Source: Deltaproteobacteria bacterium
Lineage (GTDB): Bacteria; Desulfobacterota; DSM-4660; Desulfatiglandales; HGW-15
DNA: 64,000 bases
Direction: 5' to 3'
Assembly (NCBI GenBank): GCA_016931115.1
Contig: JAFGFM010000094.1
Span: forward strand, 15,063-79,062
Shown here piece by piece: positions 55,319 through 64,000 of the stretch. The first letter of the stretch is position 1, and each line of letters starts with the position of its first letter. A program made the translations under genes and the position numbers. The notes below the pieces were generated by a model. That model ran no database searches. It worked only from the letters and a program-made list of their open reading frames with translations, and had not been told where the DNA came from.

Positions 55319-58222
55319 ATGAAAAGATTAAAATATTTTCTAATAGCTGGAATAATCACGCTTTTTCCTGGTCAGCATGGTCTGACCGGGGCAGAGGTCG
55401 TTACAAATATCCTTTCTGATGTTGAGTCGGCTAAAAAGGAGAGCTCCTGTTTATATACATTCAAACTTGCGAAAAAACCCTTTTATTCCCTTGGTGTTTC
55501 AGAGAACGGATGGCTCTCCCTCTCATTTAATAATATTGAAAAACCTGAAGGTTTGGGCGAAAGGCTGAAAAACAACCCTTATATAAAACTGGATAATGGA
55601 GCAGATAAGGCTAAAACCGATTTTGTTCTTACAACAGACATATATTATGGCCGGGTTACCTGCGGCTGGATAAATGAAAGGTCTGTTTTTCTAATAAACA
55701 TAGAATCTGCTGATGAAACAGAAAACAGCGGTATTGCAAATAAAGGGACAGTAATAAAAGATATCAGGTTCGGGTTTAAGGAAAATGCGGCAAGGATGGT
55801 TATAGGCGCCTTGGAAAGACCTCACTGGAAGATAGAATACTCTGAGGCAAATGCCCTGATGCTTTTTATTAATGCCACATCTGAAAGGGTTAAGACAAAA
55901 AATTACAGTTCAGACAAGTGGTTAAACAGCGCCTCTATCTCTGAAACGGAGGACAAATCAAGTTTAGTAAGGCTTGATCTCAATTCTGCCCCTGATCAGA
56001 CCGTGATCTCATGGATGTCAGTGGGAAACAGGCTTGTGCTGGATATGGCAGAAAGGCCTGAAGAGATGCTCCTTGGATTGTCATCCGGTGATGACACAGA
56101 AAAGAATGGTGCCCATGCAAAAGATCGTACAAATGATACTGAAAAAAAAGAGTTCAGGAATATTGTGCGCATGAAGATAGATAAAAAGGTGGTAATGAAC
56201 AACATCAAAAATGATACCGCCAATGAGAAGGTCTCAGTCCCACATACTTCTGCTGGTATTAAACCTGAAATAAAAAACAGGCTTCCTGGAAGCGCTGAAA
56301 TATCTGTGGATGTGGATAAATTAAGCCCTGGAGAGGCATTCCTGCTGGGACGCATAAGGCAGGCAAAGGAGATAAGCGATTATGGCATGGGCATTACACT
56401 TGCCAACCAGTTTCTTAATGAATTCCCTGAATCGATCCTGCGTGAGGCAATCTCATTCTGGCGCGGAGATTTTTATTTTGATCAGTGGGAAAAGGGTGAT
56501 AAAGGCATTGGTGAAAAGGTTATAAGGGCATACACATTTGCTGTTGAAAACTTTGAAAAATCCAAAAATGTCCCGCCTGCCTATATCAGGATGGCCATAG
56601 TTGCCTCTGAAATGGATAACGGGTATCAGGCCTTAGGTTATCTAAGCATTGTTATAAGCCGCAATATCCCTGAGTTAACACCCCTTGCCTATCTCACAAG
56701 AGGCAAGATCTTTTTACAGATCGACCAGACAGAAAAGGCGATGAAGGATTTTAAAGTCATTCTGGATCAGTATGAGAATACAAAATATGCTATTGAGGCA
56801 AACCTCTGGATAGGCAATTATTATCATAAGATAGGCCTGTACCAGGAGGCTGAAGAGAAGCTGAATGAGATTGAGACCAGGTATCCCGGTCTGTACCTTG
56901 AATATCCTGATTCCATTCTCCTGAATGCAAAGAACTATATCTATCTGAAAAAATACAGTGATGCAAGGGAGCATCTCTTCAGGGCAGTCAATTTAGGGGG
57001 GCAGCAGGAGAGCGTTGATCTCCTTTTATCCCGCATAGGTGATACCTATCACAATGAGGAGAATGACAAAGAGGCTGAAAAATATTACAGGATGGTTATT
57101 GACTATTATCCAGATTCTGAAGGGGCATCTATTTCAAAACTGAGGCTTGCAGAGTATTTCTCTGATATCGCCATGCTGGATGAGGTGGGCAAGACATCAA
57201 CTGATGAGACCATCAGCGAGATTGCCCAACTCGAAAAGGGCTATCAGCTGTTTGAAAAAAAGGAATATGCTGAAGCCATTAAAACCATTAAAGAGATTGC
57301 CCTGAAACCTATCCAGACAGAAACCCGAAAGGATGCAAAACGTCTCTATTTGCGCTCTGTAGAAAAGGAGATTGAAAGGCTTAAAGATGCCGGGATGTAT
57401 AATGATCTCATCTTTGTCTATAATGAAAACAGGGAAGAGATAACAGACAGGATCAACCCTGAGGCACTTGTAAAGGTGGCTGAGGGTTACAGGAAGCTTG
57501 GACGCAATGATGAGGCTATAAGGGTTTATAATCAGATAAGTGCCCATGATATTGATATGGATTCAAGAGGCAATTTTATGCTGGGGCTGGCAGACAGCTA
57601 CATCTCCATGAACGATACAGACAGGGCAATCACCTTTCTTGAAAAGGCCAAAAAGGAAAAAATAGAGCAAAATGATCTGCAAAGGGTAAATATGCTCCTG
57701 GCTGATATGTATCAGCTCAAGGGGAGAAATAAAGAGGCAGAGGAGCTCTACAGCCAGATCATACAGAACAGCAGTGCCCTTCCACCACATGATATGGCAA
57801 AGGCATATCTGAACCTGGGCATTACCTTTAAAAAGCGGAAACAGTATAATGAGGCAAGGAATGCCCTTATAAACAGTATCAATATCAGTCTTGATAATAA
57901 GGAGAGTCAGGAGCTGCTGCGCAGGTCATACATAGAACTGGGGAATGTCCTCCATGCTGAGGGTAAAGATCATCAGGCGGTAAAGGCATTTGAAAAGGGT
58001 TTTGACCTCGGTTATGACGAGGAAAATCAGGATTACTGGGAGATCAGGTTCAGGCAGGCAATGGGCTATATTAAGACAGGTGAAAACAGCAAAGCAGAGA
58101 CCCTGCTCGGTGATATCTCAGAAGGCGGTGAGGATTCAATACTTCAGCAGAGGGCGCAGCTTAAACTTGGCTCTATACAATTATCAAGACAACTCAAGAT
58201 ATTATCCATGGGAGAAGATTAA
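55319..58222 (+). CDS. large TPR-repeat protein with signal peptide and AMIN-like N-terminal domain
   Basis: Signal peptide MKRLKYFLIAGIITLFPG. Region about aa 140-250 resembles an AMIN domain (IKDIRFGFKENAARMVIGALERPHWKIEY...LMLFINA). The C-terminal 600 aa has many TPR-like A/Y/L repeats. Confidence 0.7.
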   Translation: MKRLKYFLIAGIITLFPGQHGLTGAEVVTNILSDVESAKKESSCLYTFKLAKKPFYSLGVSENGWLSLSFNNIEKPEGLGERLKNNPYIKLDNGADKAKTDFVLTTDIYYGRVTCGWINERSVFLINIESADETENSGIANKGTVIKDIRFGFKENAARMVIGALERPHWKIEYSEANALMLFINATSERVKTKNYSSDKWLNSASISETEDKSSLVRLDLNSAPDQTVISWMSVGNRLVLDMAERPEEMLLGLSSGDDTEKNGAHAKDRTNDTEKKEFRNIVRMKIDKKVVMNNIKNDTANEKVSVPHTSAGIKPEIKNRLPGSAEISVDVDKLSPGEAFLLGRIRQAKEISDYGMGITLANQFLNEFPESILREAISFWRGDFYFDQWEKGDKGIGEKVIRAYTFAVENFEKSKNVPPAYIRMAIVASEMDNGYQALGYLSIVISRNIPELTPLAYLTRGKIFLQIDQTEKAMKDFKVILDQYENTKYAIEANLWIGNYYHKIGLYQEAEEKLNEIETRYPGLYLEYPDSILLNAKNYIYLKKYSDAREHLFRAVNLGGQQESVDLLLSRIGDTYHNEENDKEAEKYYRMVIDYYPDSEGASISKLRLAEYFSDIAMLDEVGKTSTDETISEIAQLEKGYQLFEKKEYAEAIKTIKEIALKPIQTETRKDAKRLYLRSVEKEIERLKDAGMYNDLIFVYNENREEITDRINPEALVKVAEGYRKLGRNDEAIRVYNQISAHDIDMDSRGNFMLGLADSYISMNDTDRAITFLEKAKKEKIEQNDLQRVNMLLADMYQLKGRNKEAEELYSQIIQNSSALPPHDMAKAYLNLGITFKKRKQYNEARNALINSINISLDNKESQELLRRSYIELGNVLHAEGKDHQAVKAFEKGFDLGYDEENQDYWEIRFRQAMGYIKTGENSKAETLLGDISEGGEDSILQQRAQLKLGSIQLSRQLKILSMGED

Positions 58223-58229
58223 GAAGGTA

Positions 58230-59597
58230 ATGAATGATTCATCTAACAGTATACTCTGGACAGCATCTGATGTGGCTATTCCTGAAGAGATATGGAAAAG
58301 GCTTGAAGACCGCGGGTTAAAGGTGCTGCTTTCAGATAAAGGCCTTAATGTAAATGAGAAAATAGATGCTATCTCACCAAGGATCTGGGTGGAGCAGATC
58401 AATGGTGATTCCGAATCTGTGCTTTCTCAGCTAAGGGATGTAAAGGGCAGGATGCCCCTTTTACCTGTAATACTGATAGCCATTAACTCAAATGTGGATG
58501 ATGCGGTTAACGCCATCAAGCTGGGTGCGTTTGATTATCTTAATGGTAAGTTTACTCCTGATAGATTATGGGCTATCCTTGAGGCAGCCCTTGATGATTA
58601 TTATATTCCTGCTGCACAGCAGAGTATAAAGGCAAAACAGGATTATAAAAAAAAGAGGCTTATTGCCAGTCATCCATCAATGGAGAGGCTGCTCCAGATG
58701 GCAAAAAAGATCGCACCATCCCGTTCCACAGTGCTGATAAGGGGGGAAACAGGCGTTGGTAAAGAGGTGCTTGCAAGGTATATCCATGAAAACAGCAATA
58801 GAAATGACGGCCCTTTTATTGCGGTAAACTGTGCAGCGCTCCCTGAAAATCTCCTTGAAAGCGAGTTGTTCGGTCATGAAAAGGGGTCATTTACAGGGGC
58901 AGTGAACAGGAAAAAGGGGAAGTTTGAACTCGCAAGCGGCGGGACACTCTTGCTGGATGAAATAAGTGAAATGGCCGTATCAATCCAGGCAAAGCTCTTA
59001 AGGGTCTTGCAGGAAAGAGAGATAGACAGGGTTGGAGGTCAGTACACTATACCTGTTGACACCAGGGTTATTGCAACCACCAACAGGGAGCTTGAAGAGG
59101 AGGTAAGGGAAGGAAGGTTCAGGAGCGACCTTTTTTACAGACTCAATGTTGTACCACTTATTCTTCCGCCATTAAGGGAAAGAAGGGATGATATCGCACC
59201 TCTGGCTGAGTTCTTTCTTGAAAAACACTGCCAGCTTAATAATGTCTCTAAAAAGTCCCTTGCAGGTGATGCAATAACCTTTCTTAAAGGCAAGGAATGG
59301 CCGGGAAATATCAGGGAGTTTGAAAATATAATAGAGAGATGCACGCTCCTTATTGATTCGGAAAAGATAAACGCCTCAGACCTTGAAATGATCTTCGGCC
59401 CTGTTGAAGTACAGGCATCAGGTGTCAACCTTAACCAGTCTGCTATCCCATTGAGGGAGATGGAAAAACAGATGATTATCAAGGCCCTTGATGATCACAA
59501 AGGCAACAGGACCCATGCAGCAAAGATGCTGGGTATCAGCGTAAGGACACTCAGAAACAAGCTCCATGAATATGAGACTGACTACCCGGAACCATAG
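58230..59597 (+). CDS. sigma-54-dependent transcriptional activator with degenerate receiver domain (FleQ/FlrA-like)
   Basis: AAA+ Walker A GETGVGKEV, GSFTGA (GAFTGA variant), LLLDEI, C-terminal Fis HTH GNRTHAAKMLGISVRTLRNKL. The receiver-like N-terminus lacks the acidic pocket (ILWTASD; VEQI in place of LLDI). The track start 57990 lies inside the TPR gene. Confidence 0.9.
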   Translation: MNDSSNSILWTASDVAIPEEIWKRLEDRGLKVLLSDKGLNVNEKIDAISPRIWVEQINGDSESVLSQLRDVKGRMPLLPVILIAINSNVDDAVNAIKLGAFDYLNGKFTPDRLWAILEAALDDYYIPAAQQSIKAKQDYKKKRLIASHPSMERLLQMAKKIAPSRSTVLIRGETGVGKEVLARYIHENSNRNDGPFIAVNCAALPENLLESELFGHEKGSFTGAVNRKKGKFELASGGTLLLDEISEMAVSIQAKLLRVLQEREIDRVGGQYTIPVDTRVIATTNRELEEEVREGRFRSDLFYRLNVVPLILPPLRERRDDIAPLAEFFLEKHCQLNNVSKKSLAGDAITFLKGKEWPGNIREFENIIERCTLLIDSEKINASDLEMIFGPVEVQASGVNLNQSAIPLREMEKQMIIKALDDHKGNRTHAAKMLGISVRTLRNKLHEYETDYPEP

Positions 59598-59982
59598 ATT
59601 CCTTTTTTATATCCAGTTAAATGAGCGGATGCATAAGGGAGCCTCTTCAATTTCGATCCCTGTTACTGCAATATAGAATGGTAATAATATTGACACCGCC
59701 TCCCCTCTGATACAGAATAAACTGATCGAATTTTGCTAACGTCAATATTCCGACGCTAAATAGCAATTTTTAAGACGTATAAATGATGTGAATTTTGTCA
59801 CTTATCTATAAGGCCAAATAAATCCAGGAGCTCTCCTGTATAAACCTGTTATAGACCTGAAATAAATAAAAGCTGTAATAACGATAAGATAGATCTTTTA
59901 AAATCAAAAGTTACAGATAAAATATCCTTTAAAAATAAATGTTTTTTACATAATACAACCTGAGAGAAAACAGGCCGGATTT

Positions 59983-59998
59983 TGGTATCTGTTTTGCA
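59983..59998 (+). promoter_or_regulatory. sigma-54 promoter (TGGTAT-N5-TTGCA) upstream of flgB
   Basis: tggtatctgttttgca has GG/GC at consensus spacing and ends 29 nt before ATG 60028. Confidence 0.6.
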
Positions 59999-60027
59999 GG
60001 CATACTTGTTAGAAATCAGGAGGCATC

Positions 60028-60447
60028 ATGGAAACAATAAAATCCGGGAAAAACATGTTTATGGACAGCACCTCAAGGCTTTTAGCAAAGGCGCTTGATT
60101 TAAGGGCTGCAAGGCAGAATGTAATCTCAGGTAACCTGGCAAATGCAGAGACACCAGGGTATGTCATGAAGGAACTCCCCTTTGAAAAGGAGCTCCAGAA
60201 GGCAATTGATGATACAACCCTCAAACCCTTAAAACTGGAACCTGGATATATTAAAGGCAATGAGGCACTCATGGAGGATGGTTATGATCCGAATCAGTTA
60301 ATAAGGGAATATGGTGAACCGAACGAGCTGAACATAGATAGCGAAATGGCCAAAATGACTCAGAACAATCTCCTGTATGAGGTATCCACCAGGCTGCTTT
60401 CAAAGAAATTTGAAGCCCTTAAGACCGTAATAGAGTCAAGGAGGTAA
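60028..60447 (+). CDS. flgB: flagellar basal-body rod protein FlgB
   Basis: Rod N-terminal motif RQNVISGNLANAETPGY. 139 aa. caggagg RBS. Confidence 0.9.
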   Translation: METIKSGKNMFMDSTSRLLAKALDLRAARQNVISGNLANAETPGYVMKELPFEKELQKAIDDTTLKPLKLEPGYIKGNEALMEDGYDPNQLIREYGEPNELNIDSEMAKMTQNNLLYEVSTRLLSKKFEALKTVIESRR

Positions 60448-60450
60448 CAG

Positions 60451-60888
60451 ATGGATTTAATTAAATGCATGGATATAGCTGCAAGCGGTATGACCTCACA
60501 GAGGACAAGGTTGAATGTTATTTCAATGAACCTTGCAAATGCAAATACAACCAAGACCGAAGACGGCACCCCATACAGAAGAAAGACTGCCATTTTCAGG
60601 ACAGTACCAATAGATAATACATTTGAAGAGCGGTTACAAAACACACTGGATAAAAAGATATATGGGGTTGAGGTAAAAAAAATAGTGCCTGTTAATTCAG
60701 AACTTAAAAAGATGTATGACCCTACCCATCCTGATGCTGATAAGCAGGGCTATGTCTACCTGCCAAACGTAAACCTGGTTGAGGAGATGGTGAATATGCT
60801 TGATGCAAACAGGGCTTATGAGGCAAACGCATCAGCAATCAGGGCAGCCAAGGATATGGCAACAAAGGCGCTTGATATCGGCAGATAG
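60451..60888 (+). CDS. flgC: flagellar basal-body rod protein FlgC
   Basis: MDIAASGMTSQRTRLNVISMNLANANTT and C-terminal ANRAYEANASAIRAAKDM. Confidence 0.95.
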   Translation: MDLIKCMDIAASGMTSQRTRLNVISMNLANANTTKTEDGTPYRRKTAIFRTVPIDNTFEERLQNTLDKKIYGVEVKKIVPVNSELKKMYDPTHPDADKQGYVYLPNVNLVEEMVNMLDANRAYEANASAIRAAKDMATKALDIGR

Positions 60889-60898
60889 GAGTTAAACT

Positions 60899-61189
60899 AT
60901 GAAAGTCCAGAACATCAATACAGAATTCCTGATCCCTTCAAAAATAGATAAAAAAAATGAAGAGAGCGGCATATCATTTCAGAATACCCTGAAAGAGCTT
61001 GTCTCCAATGTTAACACACAGATGAAAGAGTCTGACCAGCTTGCAAGGGATTTTGCCGCAGGCAAGAACAACAATATCCATGAGGTAATGATAGCATCTG
61101 AAAAGGCCGGAATATCCATGCGGTTTTTACTGCAGATCAGAAATAAATTACTGGATGCCTACCAGGAAATAATGAGGATGAGTTTTTAG
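60899..61189 (+). CDS. fliE: flagellar hook-basal body complex protein FliE
   Basis: 96 aa. FQNTLKELV...HEVMIASEKAGISMRFLLQIRNKLLDAYQEIMRM is the typical FliE C-terminus. Confidence 0.9.
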   Translation: MKVQNINTEFLIPSKIDKKNEESGISFQNTLKELVSNVNTQMKESDQLARDFAAGKNNNIHEVMIASEKAGISMRFLLQIRNKLLDAYQEIMRMSF

Positions 61190-61233
61190 TTTGAGTGAAA
61201 TTCACTGTATAAATTTTAAAACCAGGAGTTGAA

Positions 61234-62820
61234 ATGGCAGAGGGCATGGGAAATATAATAGAGGTCTTTAAGGCAATACCGGCAGGTAAAAAAATCTCCT
61301 TTTTAATAACCTTTGGTATAGTTATTGGCGGTTTTATTGCCCTTCTGACATATACAAACAGGCCTGATTACCAGGTGTTATACAGCGACCTTGAGCCTGT
61401 TGATGCCTCAAAAATAACAGAAAAACTGAAAGAGAGCAGGGTGCCATACCAGTTAAAGGATGGAGGGAAAACAGTAATGGTACCTGATGAAAATGTACAC
61501 CAGATGCGCCTTGATATGGCCTCTGAAGGCATACAGCCCAATGGCGGCAGTGTGGGTTTTGAGATATTTGATAACATGTCATTTGGTACAACCGAATTTC
61601 AGCAAAAGGTTAAATACCAGCAGGCCCTGCAGGGCGAACTGGAAAGGACTATCGAGGCCTTTGATGCAATAGATAAAGCGCGTGTTCATATTGTGACTTC
61701 AGGTGACTCGCTTTTTGCAGAAGAAGAGCAGCCTGCAACCGCATCTGTTGTTGTCAGGCTCAATCCGGGCAGGCAACTGGATCAGAGGCAGCTTCAGGGG
61801 ATTATCAATCTTGTATCCGGTTTTGTAAAGGGCCTTAAACCTGAAAATGTCTCTATTGTTGACATGCAGGGCGGTATCCTCACAAAGAGTCATGATAAAA
61901 ACAGCATTGGCGATGTAAGCGCTGATCAGTTTGATTATCAGCGCAGACTTGCAGATACCTATGAAAAGCAGATTGAAACAATGCTGGGGCCGGTTGTAGG
62001 CATGAAAAACGTGGTTGCAAGGGTCTCGGTTGATGTGGATTTCAAGAGGATTAACACCTCTGAGGAGCAGTATGATCCTGACAGCGCTGTAATTTTCAGC
62101 GAGCAGAGAAATAAGGAAAAGGAAACCGAGGGCAAGGGGCTCCCCCAGGGCGCTCCTGATCTTCTTAATACGGGAATCCAGACCGGAGAAGAGGGTGTTT
62201 CATCATCTTCAAATGTCCTTGAAAGGGAAAGCTCCACATCCCATTACAAGATCAACAGGGTCGAAAAACAGACCATTGATGAATCGAGTGAGATAAAACG
62301 ACTCTCTGCATCAGTAATCATAGATGGGCCATATGAAACTGCCACAGATGACAAGGGTAATCCGACAAGGGTATTCAAACAGAGAGACAAAAAACAGATG
62401 AAGACCTTTGAGGATATAGTTAAAAATGCAATAGGGTTCAATACAGATCGCGGAGATCAGGTGACAGTATCCAATATTGCGTTCAGCATGGATAAACAGA
62501 GCATTGAAGAGATGCCTGAGGCTGTATCAGAGGGCTGGATTGGATATATTAAAAAGGCAAGTAAACCGATCCTGAATGTGCTGATTGTTGGATTATTCTT
62601 TCTTGTTGCCATCAAGCCATTTAAAAAGTGGTTAAGCCAGACAAGTGAATTTGTATCTGTAAGGGCAGCGCTTCCCTCAGGCGCGCAAAATGATGAGGCA
62701 CACGGTGTGGGTGAACTCCAGTCAAGGTATTCTGAAAAGGTAAAACTCCTTGAGGCAACAAAGGAAAACCCTGATATCGCTGCTGACATAATAAAAACCT
62801 GGCTTAATGAAGTAAGCTAA
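61234..62820 (+). CDS. fliF: flagellar M-ring protein FliF
   Basis: 528 aa. N-terminal TM, YQVLYSDL...ASKITEKLKESRVPYQL, RVHIV...ASVVV blocks, second TM near the C-terminus. Gene order fliE-fliF-fliG. Confidence 0.9.
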   Translation: MAEGMGNIIEVFKAIPAGKKISFLITFGIVIGGFIALLTYTNRPDYQVLYSDLEPVDASKITEKLKESRVPYQLKDGGKTVMVPDENVHQMRLDMASEGIQPNGGSVGFEIFDNMSFGTTEFQQKVKYQQALQGELERTIEAFDAIDKARVHIVTSGDSLFAEEEQPATASVVVRLNPGRQLDQRQLQGIINLVSGFVKGLKPENVSIVDMQGGILTKSHDKNSIGDVSADQFDYQRRLADTYEKQIETMLGPVVGMKNVVARVSVDVDFKRINTSEEQYDPDSAVIFSEQRNKEKETEGKGLPQGAPDLLNTGIQTGEEGVSSSSNVLERESSTSHYKINRVEKQTIDESSEIKRLSASVIIDGPYETATDDKGNPTRVFKQRDKKQMKTFEDIVKNAIGFNTDRGDQVTVSNIAFSMDKQSIEEMPEAVSEGWIGYIKKASKPILNVLIVGLFFLVAIKPFKKWLSQTSEFVSVRAALPSGAQNDEAHGVGELQSRYSEKVKLLEATKENPDIAADIIKTWLNEVS

Positions 62821-63828
62821 ATGGAGAATAAAATATATATGGAAGGAAAGAAAAAGGCAGCAATTTTTCTGATGGTAATGGGTGAGAACTTTACAGCCCA
62901 GGTCTTTCGTCACCTTGATGACAGGGAAATAAAGGTACTTGGAGAAGAGATGGCAGTCATTAAGAAGATAGATTCAAGGACCATCTCTGTTGTTATGGAT
63001 GAGTTTTCAAAGGAGGTGGGTGACGGCAGCATGGGTTTATCAGGCAAGGATTTTCTCCAGAAAACCATGCCCAAGGCATTTGATACCAAAAAGTCCGATG
63101 AACTGCTTGGAGACCTGCTTTCAAAAGGTAATGAAAAGTCATTTGAGAAACTGAGCAATTACAATCCCACAGTTCTTGCCAACCTTCTAATGACAGAGCA
63201 TCCTCAGACAATTGCCCTTATCCTGGTAAATATGAAACACCAGACAGCAGCAGAGATAATAAAGGCGCTTCCTGAGCATCTTCAGGGAGAGGTCATAATA
63301 AGGATAGCAGACCTGGATGATGTGCCTTCTGAAATTATTGAAGAGATACATGAAGTTGTTGATGAGATGATCTCTGACATGGGAAATGAGACCCATGCAT
63401 CTCAGGGCGGGATAGAGGCTGCTGCTGAAATATTGAACAATCTGGATAACCAGACAGAAAACAATATTTTTGACAAGATAGAGAGTGTAAGGGAAGAACT
63501 GGCAGATGAAATAAGACAGAAGATGTTCGTATTTGCAGACCTTGTCAGCCTTGATGACCGTTCTATCAGGGCGCTCCTGAAGGAGATCAGCAATGATGAA
63601 CTGATACTTGCGCTTAAGACAAGCTCGGATGAACTGACGCAGAAGATATTCAACAATATCAGCCAGCGCGCAGCAGAGATGATGAAAGAGGATATGGAGG
63701 TTATGGGCCCTGTAAAACTTAAGGATGTTGAACAGGCCCAGCTCAATATAGTAAAGGCTGCAAGAAGACTAGAAGAAGAGGGGAAGATCGTGCTTGGCGG
63801 CAAGGGAGGAGATGAAGTCCTTGTATAA
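62821..63828 (+). CDS. fliG: flagellar motor switch protein FliG
   Basis: GKKKAAIFLMVMGENFTAQVFRHL, EHPQTIALIL and MFVFADL motifs. 335 aa. Confidence 0.95.
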   Translation: MENKIYMEGKKKAAIFLMVMGENFTAQVFRHLDDREIKVLGEEMAVIKKIDSRTISVVMDEFSKEVGDGSMGLSGKDFLQKTMPKAFDTKKSDELLGDLLSKGNEKSFEKLSNYNPTVLANLLMTEHPQTIALILVNMKHQTAAEIIKALPEHLQGEVIIRIADLDDVPSEIIEEIHEVVDEMISDMGNETHASQGGIEAAAEILNNLDNQTENNIFDKIESVREELADEIRQKMFVFADLVSLDDRSIRALLKEISNDELILALKTSSDELTQKIFNNISQRAAEMMKEDMEVMGPVKLKDVEQAQLNIVKAARRLEEEGKIVLGGKGGDEVLV

Positions 63829-64000
63829 AAACTCTGACGAAAATTTTTCTCCCCTGTACAACATTGAATCATTTCATGCTGATGAAATCATATCTGAACG
63901 GGGTATGAAATTACACTCCAATTCTGTTGTGACAGATCAATCCAGTGTGATTTCATGGAATCTCCCTGAAATAGAGGAGAAGGAAGACCCCACAGCAAAA
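63812..64000 (+). CDS. fliH: probable flagellar assembly protein FliH, 5' partial (runs off the window)
   Basis: ATG 63812 with aagggagga RBS, overlapping the fliG end. Open to position 64000 (MKSLYKNSDENFSPLYNIESF...). Assigned by synteny only. Confidence 0.5.
   Translation, partial: MKSLYKNSDENFSPLYNIESFHADEIISERGMKLHSNSVVTDQSSVISWNLPEIEEKEDPTAK

Noticed and set aside
1-64000. Transposases, integrases, phage genes, and tRNA or rRNA genes.
   Set aside because: None of the ORF translations shows DDE, tyrosine- or serine-recombinase or phage structural motifs. No cloverleaf-like or rRNA-like segments were recognised by eye. A tRNAscan or Infernal run would be needed to exclude small RNAs rigorously.

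Overview
64-kb window from an AT-rich bacterial chromosome. Gene content and intergenic repeat families suggest a Desulfobacterota (deltaproteobacterium-like) anaerobe, but this is inference only. I saw no rRNA, tRNA, CRISPR array, transposase or integrase by eye. Layout: (1) 0.2-22.3 kb holds an outer-membrane barrel gene followed by a 21-gene, same-strand, tightly coupled type II FAS/PKS-like lipid cluster. It encodes FabG, four Cys-His-His ketosynthases, two Cys-less KS-like partners, two ACPs, two hotdog dehydratases, a thioesterase, two acyltransferases, a GT2, a LolA-like carrier and an MMPL-like exporter, plus a CrtI-like flavoenzyme and three tandem B12-binding radical SAM enzymes. This is the aryl-polyene (APE) chassis without any aryl-starter gene or enoyl reductase, and it matches the gene set once proposed for ladderane-type lipid biosynthesis. 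It is the most interesting system in the window. (2) 22.4-27.4 kb is an envelope/tailoring block: a PagL-like deacylase, a BamE-like secreted protein, a GT1, an unusual alpha/beta-hydrolase::radical-SAM/SPASM fusion and a CE4 deacetylase. (3) 27.6-30.1 kb is housekeeping (DUF3820, ettA, DnaJ-DUF1232). (4) 30.1-38 kb is an accessory island with two inverted Phd/VapC toxin-antitoxin modules bracketing paralogous secreted proteins, all separated by structured repeats. (5) 38-46.4 kb encodes GH9, a TPP enzyme, DUF169, an alkaline-phosphatase-family protein, a phasin-like protein and UbiB. (6) 46.4-52.6 kb is a MarR-TolC-MFP-RND efflux operon. (7) 52.7-64 kb is a motility regulon: HD-GYP/HDOD, a TPR/AMIN-like protein, a sigma-54 activator with a degenerate receiver, and flgB-flgC-fliE-fliF-fliG-fliH' with three readable sigma-54 promoters. 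Several families of intergenic hairpin repeats occur throughout. All calls come from reading motifs in the supplied translations and sequence. No database search was run.
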